Part shown: positions 56,734 to 64,000 of the stretch, in pieces | Layout of the letters: every line of letters starts with the position of its first letter | How positions within the stretch are numbered: the stretch's first letter is position 1 | Assembly (NCBI GenBank): GCA_000165345.1 | Contig: CM000436.1 | Location: 576,001-640,000 of the forward strand | Direction: 5' to 3' | Length of the DNA stretch: 64,000 bases | The notes under the pieces: generated by a model | The model's input: the letters and a program-made list of their open reading frames with translations, nothing else | Told to the model about the DNA's origin: nothing | The model's database searches: none | Made by a program: the position numbers and the translations under genes

Positions 56734-58854
56734 ATGCCGGCTATTCCAGCAGTGGATTTTGTTTCACAATATTACCTCCCATTTGTTGAAAAGATCCAAA
56801 TCAGTAATAGAGAGGATTCTAATAAAGTCTTTCCAAAAGTTTGGATATTCTCTTCAAATGATGTGGATTCTCTTTGTACTAGCACTATACTTATTAATCA
56901 ATTCTTTAAGCATGATGAGATACAGTGTATGCTAAATTGTGTTACCCACTATAACGAGATTTCTAAGATTCTACAAGAATACAAAAATTACTCAAAACAA
57001 AGAGAGCTTGTGAATATATGTATATTGATCAATTTAGGAGCCATGGTAAATATTCTACACTCACTTAGGCTTTGGCTTGGAGAAGATTTGGAAATTTGGA
57101 TTTTCGATTTTCATAGGCCTGCCATTGATGAGTTAATGCTTACAATTGGAGGAAATTATAACAATAACAATGTATTGATCCTTTCTATTCAAGAATACAA
57201 TTTCTTGGTAAATAGTAAATCTGGTAGAAAGAAATCACGTAAGAATAGCTCAAATCCAAGTGATGGACAAACTAACGAATCTAGTTCAACATTTTCTTCA
57301 AATAATCCTTTTGCTTCATTATCTCAGACTATTGATGATTTGGATATACTAATGGGTACTTCAAATGGAGAATCCCAAAGCTATAATGAGCAAATTGAGG
57401 ATGAGACAGATGAACTTTTTGGAGAGTATTGTGGGGATCCAAGTAGTCTTGTGATTGTCCAAACATTAGATAATTCAATAACTTCAGAAAGAATAGATGG
57501 AAATGTATTATGGTACTCTTCAATCGGAATTAGCTGGTGTTATATTAATAGGTATATTGAACTACTAGATTATGAAATGTATTTTGACTTACTCAATGGA
57601 ATCCTTTCAAAATACACAGGTGATATGAGCAATATAAATTCAAAAAAAACTAGTAATAAAAAATATTGGCCAAAGTACATAAAGAATGACCTTTCAATCC
57701 CGCTTTATCGTCATTGGAATCTAATGGATTCAGTATATCATAGTGAATATCTATATTCAACAATGGGTTTATGGAAGACAGAAAATAGCAGGGATACAAT
57801 AATGAATAGAAGAGTGGCCTCTGGGATTTCATTGAAAGATTTTACAACCAAATTTTATCTTCTTGAAAAAGAAGTATCGAAAAAAGTTGTTCAGGACTTT
57901 CCAAAAGGATTTTCAGGGTTTGAGAGTGGATCAGAAACTGCATCACAGTCTCTACAAATCCCAGTATTTCTGAAGTATTTACCATCTATAGTATTAGACT
58001 CAGAGTTACATCCACACTTATCATCTCTTGATATGGCCCAAATCCTTCATACTCTGTTGACAAACGACTGTAGACTAGCAGATAGCGGAGAAAGCTTCAT
58101 GGATGCAATAGTTTCGTCAGGAGCTCTAAATAGAATGGAACTAAAACATAATACAATGTCAGAAAGATTACTGAATGAGGAGAAAAATAACGAAAATGAT
58201 AGTTCTAAACTTAACCAAATTCTTGGTAAAGACCAAAAAATACAGCTTCTATTCAGGGATTGTTTTAGGGTAGGGCTACAACTCCTAGATCTATCGGGAG
58301 CTGATTTTAACCAAATTAATGTATTTCAAGACCATTCCTGGAAACAGCTAAAATGCTACATTGAAGAAGCAAAGCTTCTGCTTTCACTAAAATTAAAATA
58401 TGTAAAAATGCTGCTATCGTCATCTATAAATGGAGGAACTTTGATAAAACACAACTATTTCACTCTTGCTGAGCTTAATGATATAGAAATTTCACACCCT
58501 TTAAATCTAAGAATTGTTGGTTACTCTATTATCGACATAATATCAAGAAATCGTGATCTCCAAGATAAGCTTGTGATAATCTCAAAAAATAGTACCAACA
58601 AGGTTGCCACAATAGTTGGAATTACTCCGGGCTACGATAGCAATTCTCCAAATTTATTTGGAGCAATTTTCTCTAAAGTAATAGACATTATTCTAGAGGA
58701 AGGCCAAGGCCTTCTAGGAGAGGAGCACTTCTTTGTTCAAGATGAGTTTGATTTTTCTATTCTAAGAATTCATGCAAATTTCCTTGAACAATTTACTTCA
58801 AATCTTTTCAAATATATTGAAAGCAGCAAACATATATTGACTAATTCAATATAA
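56734..58854 (+). CDS. CDC45: CDC45 replication-initiation protein
   Basis: 706 aa. The N-terminal DHH-like region …VWIFSSNDVDSLCTSTILINQFFKHDEIQCMLNCV…, the …ICILINLGAMVNIL… block and the …IWIFDFHRPAIDE… block are collinear with the conserved CDC45 blocks (…DVDALCA…, …ILINCGANVD…, …THRP…). The mid-region …LYRHWNLMDSVYHSEYLYSTMGLWK… matches the LYQHWSL…LW block. Confidence 0.8.
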   Translation: MPAIPAVDFVSQYYLPFVEKIQISNREDSNKVFPKVWIFSSNDVDSLCTSTILINQFFKHDEIQCMLNCVTHYNEISKILQEYKNYSKQRELVNICILINLGAMVNILHSLRLWLGEDLEIWIFDFHRPAIDELMLTIGGNYNNNNVLILSIQEYNFLVNSKSGRKKSRKNSSNPSDGQTNESSSTFSSNNPFASLSQTIDDLDILMGTSNGESQSYNEQIEDETDELFGEYCGDPSSLVIVQTLDNSITSERIDGNVLWYSSIGISWCYINRYIELLDYEMYFDLLNGILSKYTGDMSNINSKKTSNKKYWPKYIKNDLSIPLYRHWNLMDSVYHSEYLYSTMGLWKTENSRDTIMNRRVASGISLKDFTTKFYLLEKEVSKKVVQDFPKGFSGFESGSETASQSLQIPVFLKYLPSIVLDSELHPHLSSLDMAQILHTLLTNDCRLADSGESFMDAIVSSGALNRMELKHNTMSERLLNEEKNNENDSSKLNQILGKDQKIQLLFRDCFRVGLQLLDLSGADFNQINVFQDHSWKQLKCYIEEAKLLLSLKLKYVKMLLSSSINGGTLIKHNYFTLAELNDIEISHPLNLRIVGYSIIDIISRNRDLQDKLVIISKNSTNKVATIVGITPGYDSNSPNLFGAIFSKVIDIILEEGQGLLGEEHFFVQDEFDFSILRIHANFLEQFTSNLFKYIESSKHILTNSI

Positions 58855-59012
58855 TAGAGTAGATATTCATCTTAGGATCTTTTACTAGTATTAATCTTTA
58901 AATATTATAAGAAAGTATATATTATGTTTAAAATATAATGATAAAAATAAATATTATCATTTTTTTTGTCCACATTAAATTTTGTTACCGTTGTTTACTG
59001 CCATTTGCATGC

Positions 59013-59091
59013 ATGCATTCAAATTACAATTTAATTACGTCATTTTAAAATTTAATTCCCGCCTAGTTTGTGGAGCAAATCATGCATCTTG
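59013..59091. promoter_or_regulatory. ATTTGCATGCATGCATTC … TAATTACGTCATT … AATTCCCGCCTAGT … ATCATGCATC
   Basis: All three motif classes (AP2-like, ACGT-core, E2F-like) occur 370-440 bp upstream of the DAG kinase ATG. Confidence 0.35.
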
Positions 59092-59457
59092 TAATTTGTT
59101 AAATAAATGAAAGTTAGAAAATAAAATCAAAGGCATAAAAGGCGAAATAAGGAAGATTTATTGGTTTAGTTTTTAAAGATTTGATAATAAGAAGAGTTGT
59201 TGGTTGTTTGACTGATAACGAGAGCTATTTAAATTTTCCAATTAATTATTAGGTAAAGATTGTGAATTAGACAGCAATTAGCAATTTGACAGTATTACTT
59301 GGGATCTTCTTCCGAAATCAAGAAATTAACATTTATAAGGAGTACATCTTAAGACTGAAGGTAAAGATTTTGAAAACTATTTAGAAAAAAAGTAAATCAT
59401 AAATAATTTCAAGAAATTTAGTATGTAAGTTAATTTAAAAAAAAAATAGTTATTGAA

Positions 59458-61308
59458 ATGGAAAAGGAGCAATCTAAAGGTAAATTAAATCAAAACTCAA
59501 AGAATGAAAATAGTATTGTTCAGAATGAAACCGATAAATGTGAACTTTGCGGTGAAAATACAAATATTTCGAATTTCAGAGAGTATATTGGAAACCCCTT
59601 AGCATTTATTTATTTATTTTATAACAAGCTAAGTGGAGGAAACATTGAAACATACTTTACAAAAAATCTTAAAGAAATAGTTTTAGATGTTGATGGTATA
59701 GTTACACATATGAATTTTGTGGATATGATCTCAGATTTTGAGTCAGGAATAAATCAGGTCAAGAATTCATTAAAAATTACAAATAAAGATATTTGCATTA
59801 TTGGAATTGGGGGGGATGGGAGTTTTAGTACACTGGTGAATAAATTCTTGGAAAGCATTCCAGAAAACAAAAATCGCCTTATTTTTGCTGTTTTACCTTT
59901 TGGAACTGGGAATGACTGGGCAAAAAGTTTTGGATGGAGTAGCTATGGGAATATGAAGTTTATGAAGGATGATTTCTCTCCTTTAATAGATCTTGCGAGA
60001 GGAATTTTTACCTCAAATTTAATCAACTTTGATACTTGGATGATTGAGGTTGAAATTTTTGATAGTGAGGATTCCAGCTTTCAAAGAGTTAATCCAATTT
60101 CTCAAGAGCTTGAGAGGGTTAATAATAATGATGATGAAGGTAAAAAGCTACTCTTATTGAAGAGAAGATGTATTAACTACTTCAGTTTTGGAGAGGAGTC
60201 TAGGGTTGGAATCACCTTTGATACTTATAGAAAGAGGAATGTTCTTTTAAATAGAGCATTATATGGTTTAGCAGGTTCCATGTTTACTGTCAATATGAAT
60301 AATAAGCATCAAAGTAATACTCCTCTTTCTCATAGTACAAGAAAAATTTATTTAGAAGACCCCGAACATCCAAATAAGGAGACTAATAATCTAGAATGTG
60401 CTTTATGTCCAAATGGTACAGTTCATTCTTCTGAAGATTCTCAAGAAAATTCTACTTGTCCAACTTTACTTAGCAGTGTTTCACTGGTTTTCCTCAATAT
60501 TGAAACTTTTGGAGGAGGCGTCAAATTATGGAAGAACTCAAAGAATGTAGGACCATCCATTTCCAAAACATCGTCCAATCTTAATTTTGGTGAAATGGTT
60601 GGCAATCTTAGTTCTTTTTTGGTTAATCCTATTTCCTTGGATTTTGATACTTTTAAACAAATAAAAAATCCTAAATCAGGAGATGATGCCGAATCAAGCT
60701 CAAGATCTGAATCTGACTCAAATTATGATTTAGAGTCAGAGTCTGATATCAATCTTGATTCTGATAAATCTATTCTAGATCTAAAGGAGTCTGATATTAA
60801 CAGACTAAATGAAGAGCAAAACGACCAGGATATTGACTCATTAAAAGAGGATCAATTAAACAATACTGCTAAGGATAATATTTTAAATATTGTACCAGAT
60901 TCTTGTGATAAAAAGCTTGAAATTATGAGCTTTTCAGGATTAATAGATTTTAGCTCTATATTTGTACCATATATGAGTACAGCAAAAAGAGTGGGACAAT
61001 TTTCGCCTTTTCAAACTGATTCACAACCTCATTTTGAAGAGGAATTATCTTCAAAAATAAGTGAATTAGAAATCCAAAATTCAGAAAATAATTCCAAAAG
61101 TTATAAAAAATTAGGAAACACTCTAAAGATGGACTTCTTCAATAAAGACAACTCTGAATGTAACTCTGATTTTATTGAAGTTTATTTCCAAATCGATGGA
61201 GAATACTACTTGGCAAAAGAACCAAAGCAATGCTCTGTTAAATATGACCAACAAATTAAAGTTCTAAGATGTATTATTCCATATAGCCCATTCAAAAATA
61301 TCCATTAA
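59458..61308 (+). CDS. Diacylglycerol kinase (DAGK catalytic plus accessory domain)
   Basis: 616 aa. The catalytic motifs are …ICIIGIGGDGSFSTLVN… (GGDG) and …AVLPFGTGNDWAKSFGW… (the PLGTGNDLAR-like motif). The accessory-domain hallmark …FDTWMIEVEI… is also present. The C-terminal third is an acidic/Ser-rich low-complexity region. Confidence 0.7.
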   Translation: MEKEQSKGKLNQNSKNENSIVQNETDKCELCGENTNISNFREYIGNPLAFIYLFYNKLSGGNIETYFTKNLKEIVLDVDGIVTHMNFVDMISDFESGINQVKNSLKITNKDICIIGIGGDGSFSTLVNKFLESIPENKNRLIFAVLPFGTGNDWAKSFGWSSYGNMKFMKDDFSPLIDLARGIFTSNLINFDTWMIEVEIFDSEDSSFQRVNPISQELERVNNNDDEGKKLLLLKRRCINYFSFGEESRVGITFDTYRKRNVLLNRALYGLAGSMFTVNMNNKHQSNTPLSHSTRKIYLEDPEHPNKETNNLECALCPNGTVHSSEDSQENSTCPTLLSSVSLVFLNIETFGGGVKLWKNSKNVGPSISKTSSNLNFGEMVGNLSSFLVNPISLDFDTFKQIKNPKSGDDAESSSRSESDSNYDLESESDINLDSDKSILDLKESDINRLNEEQNDQDIDSLKEDQLNNTAKDNILNIVPDSCDKKLEIMSFSGLIDFSSIFVPYMSTAKRVGQFSPFQTDSQPHFEEELSSKISELEIQNSENNSKSYKKLGNTLKMDFFNKDNSECNSDFIEVYFQIDGEYYLAKEPKQCSVKYDQQIKVLRCIIPYSPFKNIH

Positions 61309-61501
61309 ATACAAAATTATTCTAATTGATCTATTCTACTCAAATTAATATATTTCTATTCTTTATCCAATTCAAATTATTTCAAAGTATTAATCAATCT
61401 AAAAATCTCTAATTCTTATCATCTACGTTTATATATTTTCAAAATTTCTTATTCTTCTAGCCATTCTTTCTATTTCGGTACCACAATATTTTTTCTATAT
61501 T

Positions 61502-61561
61502 CTGCATGCATACAAGGCGGGTGACTTCCCCACAAAACTATGACCGGTTTGGCGCCAATGC
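61502..61561. promoter_or_regulatory. CTGCATGCATACAAGGCGGGTGAC … GGTTTGGCGCCAATGC
   Basis: A TGCATGCA site directly abutting a GGCGGG site, with a TTGGCGCCAA site 25 bp downstream. It lies about 270-320 bp upstream of the V-ATPase G-like gene. Confidence 0.35.
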
Positions 61562-61827
61562 ACTCACAAATTTGTATAAAATAAAGTAGTAAAAATAGAT
61601 TGGGAGGAAAAATTGGGAGAAGATTGGAATAGTGTGGCTAGAAATTAAAAGGAAAAAAATTTTATAAGAAGCCAAAAGTGTCTATGGAAAAAGGAAAATC
61701 AAGCTTATAGCAAAGATTTTTTTTAATTGCTTGGGTGAATATACTAATACCTATTAATTTGAGATAATAAGACTGAATTTTGCATGTTGTCAATAAAACT
61801 AAAGTTTCATTAAGAAAATGAAATAAA

Positions 61828-62577
61828 ATGTTTAATATTTTTATATGTTGTACCCATGGCAATTTAAATAATTCTTCAACCGAAGATAAAGAAGAATTAA
61901 TTTTTGAACTTGATAAAGAAAAGGATTCCCAAGGAAAAAGTTTAAGTGAGACCTTTCAAAACTCTATTAGAGAGTTAAAGAAAGCAGAAACAGAGGCTCT
62001 AAAAATTGTTGAGAAGGCAAAGAAGAATAAAAAGGATTATTTACTTCAAGCAGAGGCTGCAGCTGAAGAAATTGTTAAGCCTTACTATGAACTTGCAAAT
62101 CAGGAGTATAAAGAAATTGAAGATTCACTAAACAAAGAGTTCCACATCAAGTCTTTAGAAAATATCTTGGAAATACAAGAAAGTTCTGATAATATTGAAG
62201 AAATTGATCTAAAGGAGAGAAAGAAGCAGACTATAGAGTATATATATTCCAAAATTTCAGATGTGAAGCTTATTTTAGAAAATCCAAAGTATGTAAAAAG
62301 CCAGTTAGAGAAGCACAAAGTTAGTAAAGTTCATCAAAAGAGACATCTAATTAGGAGTAGATTTTTGTCTTGGAGAAGTAAAGATTACACAGAAAAGGAG
62401 AAAGAGTCACAAAAGAAGCATAAACAAACCAATAAAGAAAAAACGATATCTTTCTCTGTTGAAAAGAAGGATTCATCAATGTCAACCATTGAATTAGATG
62501 AAGATTACTCGAGGATAGATAATTTATACGGAGCATCTCGAGTTGTTAATTCTTTCAATACAATACATTTGAATTAG
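61828..62577 (+). CDS. V-type ATPase subunit G-like protein with N- and C-terminal extensions
   Basis: 249 aa. The central region …SIRELKKAETEALKIVEKAKKNKKDYLLQAEAAAEEIVKPYYELANQEYKEIE… follows the V-ATPase G N-terminal helix pattern (QQLLQAEK.A.E.V..AR…KQAKEEA..E…YR). The later …IYSKISDVKLILENPKYV… matches the conserved …VCDV+P.VHPN motif. The N-terminus is MFNIFICCTHGN (a di-Cys). The C-terminus is basic and K-rich. Confidence 0.5.
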   Translation: MFNIFICCTHGNLNNSSTEDKEELIFELDKEKDSQGKSLSETFQNSIRELKKAETEALKIVEKAKKNKKDYLLQAEAAAEEIVKPYYELANQEYKEIEDSLNKEFHIKSLENILEIQESSDNIEEIDLKERKKQTIEYIYSKISDVKLILENPKYVKSQLEKHKVSKVHQKRHLIRSRFLSWRSKDYTEKEKESQKKHKQTNKEKTISFSVEKKDSSMSTIELDEDYSRIDNLYGASRVVNSFNTIHLN

Positions 62578-62638
62578 AATTTCTATTTTAATTTTAAAAA
62601 AAAATGCACATAGGATTTTATTACTTTAAAACTTGTAT

Positions 62639-64000
62639 CTATTTCCTATTATCTAAAGAGCTATGGATTGCTCCAGAAATATAATGTAAGATTTTGGTAG
62701 AAATAATGACAAATTGCTGTGAGTAATTGCAAAATGAGGAGAAGTTACCAGTTAAATATGAGTATATAAATGAAGCAAGAAGCAAAAGTAGGGTAACTAG
62801 GACTGGAGATGTTAATACATAAGTAATCTCATCGAATCCCAAGATAATTATTAGCAAATAAATCCACCAGGGAATGTTTTGTGGTTGTCTTCCTGTTGAT
62901 TGTATTAGCTGAGCTTTTGAAAATATACTTGTAATTTCTTGTGATGCTTTAGATTCAATTTCTTTAAGATTACTTTCCGATATCAAAGGTACCGAATCTA
63001 AAAATTTACCATTTCCATGATCTTTATTCAATGCAATTATTCCTGAAAGATCCTCAGAATTTTCGATAATCTTATCAAACAGATTGGAGGATCTACCAGA
63101 AAATGGAATTAGTTGGTCTTTTCTTGGGTAGAAAACATTAGTAATCTGAAGAGAGTTATTTTTAGCTTTAATGAAGAGTTCCTTCATTATCTTAGCATCC
63201 TCTCCTATCCATTGTCTGGGTACTCCATCCTGATCAAGCTCAAATTCGCTTTTAAATCTATCTACAATATTAATATGGAAATACTTTGACTGTTGTTGGA
63301 TTAATTGTATGAACTTTAATACAAGTTGAAGAGCAATTTCTTCTTCTAAACCAGAAGAAGTGAATTCATTCATATTAGAATTCTTAAATAGAGTAATCCA
63401 TTGTTGTTCATATTTGGAAACAAGAAGTCTATGGATATTGACTATAGAGGAACCAGTTAGCTCCCAAAAATCATCTAATTTGAGTTTTGGATCAGAAAGA
63501 AAATGATCGCCAAGAAGAGGAGAGATCTCTTTCAAAATATCCTTAATTAAACTCTCAAAGAACTCTTCAACAAGCTTTTCATAAATCTTCTTGGAGTGGA
63601 TCTCTAAAGTCTCACTTAGTAACTTTCTTTGTTCTTGAGTATTATAAGTAGCTAAGAAAACTTCTTTTCCTTGAGAGTTTAGAGAGATTTCATTCAGAAT
63701 ATCAGGAATACATTTTTCTTTAATAGGAGAGATAAGATGCTGCCTAGATATCACACTTGGGAATTCAGTTTTCCATTTTAAAGATAAGGAGTCAAATTTA
63801 AGAAGTTCTTTATTTACCCAAGAAGATGAATCAAAGGACACATAGTGGCTTTCTTCATTGCTTTCTTTATCATATTGTACTTGATGGTCTTCAATTCCTT
63901 TCTTATAGTAATCAAGAATGTTAGTATATTGTCTCAGATCTTGTCTCTCCAGAGACATCCTAGAATTGACAGCATTTTGGAATTCATGGAATATAAATAC
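62639..64000 (-). CDS. SEY1: RHD3/Sey1 (ER-fusion dynamin-like GTPase), C-terminal part only; the N-terminal GTPase domain lies beyond the 3' edge of the window
   Basis: The minus-strand frame is open to position 64000, with no stop upstream of the M at 63958. The encoded region is the long helical-bundle middle domain of RHD3/Sey1 (…EFPSVISRQHL… LVSKYEQQWITLFKNSNMNEF…). It is followed by the two closely spaced TM helices (…IPWWIYLLIIILGFDEITYVLTSPVLVTLLLLLASFIYSYLTG…) and a short tail. Confidence 0.7.
   Translation of the reverse strand, partial: VFIFHEFQNAVNSRMSLERQDLRQYTNILDYYKKGIEDHQVQYDKESNEESHYVSFDSSSWVNKELLKFDSLSLKWKTEFPSVISRQHLISPIKEKCIPDILNEISLNSQGKEVFLATYNTQEQRKLLSETLEIHSKKIYEKLVEEFFESLIKDILKEISPLLGDHFLSDPKLKLDDFWELTGSSIVNIHRLLVSKYEQQWITLFKNSNMNEFTSSGLEEEIALQLVLKFIQLIQQQSKYFHINIVDRFKSEFELDQDGVPRQWIGEDAKIMKELFIKAKNNSLQITNVFYPRKDQLIPFSGRSSNLFDKIIENSEDLSGIIALNKDHGNGKFLDSVPLISESNLKEIESKASQEITSIFSKAQLIQSTGRQPQNIPWWIYLLIIILGFDEITYVLTSPVLVTLLLLLASFIYSYLTGNFSSFCNYSQQFVIISTKILHYISGAIHSSLDNRK

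Noticed and set aside
59421-59460. ATG immediately followed by TAAGT (AGTATGTAAGTT) 37 bp upstream of the DAG kinase ATG, considered as a possible ATG-only first exon
   Set aside because: The donor would have to use the G of the ATG (AT|GTAAGT), leaving a 2-nt exon. The downstream ATG at 59458 opens the full kinase ORF directly, so the simpler single-exon model is preferred.

Overview
This window is not prokaryotic. It reads as a compact, AT-rich (roughly 30% GC), gene-dense eukaryotic chromosome segment with the hallmarks of a Cryptosporidium-type apicomplexan. Intergenic regions are short (0.1-1.4 kb), spliceosomal introns are small (50-280 nt) with GTAAGT/GTATGT donors and AG acceptors, and the same GC-rich cis-motifs recur in almost every upstream region: GGCGCCAA / TTTCCCGCC (E2F-like) and TGCATGCA (AP2-like). 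I call about 33 protein-coding genes on both strands.

Well-supported genes: PCNA, an H2A.X-type histone H2A (C-terminal SQEF), a NEK-like kinase, an actin-related protein, an RCC1-repeat protein, an XRN 5'-3' exoribonuclease with an RGG tail, a GPI ethanolamine-phosphate transferase, a SNF2/Brg1-type ATPase with bromodomain, an AN1 zinc-finger protein, an NAD(P) transhydrogenase with the permuted (beta-alpha) domain order, a cold-shock-domain protein, a PPIL4 cyclophilin-RRM (with an intron), adenosine kinase, CDC45, diacylglycerol kinase, V-ATPase subunit G, the C-terminal part of RHD3/Sey1 running off the window end, an SDF2-like ER protein ending in KDEL, and a TPR protein fused to an Aha1-N domain.

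The most notable locus is a 10-exon gene at 16472-19325 that the ORF track shows only as fragments. It encodes a signal-peptide, cysteine-rich, single-TM protein with SQGSCCWCP and RFCYHPPG...HFY motifs, which I interpret as a HAP2/GCS1 gamete-fusogen homolog.

I also reconstructed several further spliced genes that the ORF track fragments or misses: a PGAM-like phosphatase, a GxxxG membrane protein, two small multi-exon genes, and a 3' partial gene at the window start. The provided ORF track uses TTG/GTG as start codons in several places, so I corrected those starts to the first in-frame ATG. I found no CRISPR arrays, no tRNAs by eye, no rRNA and no obvious transposons.
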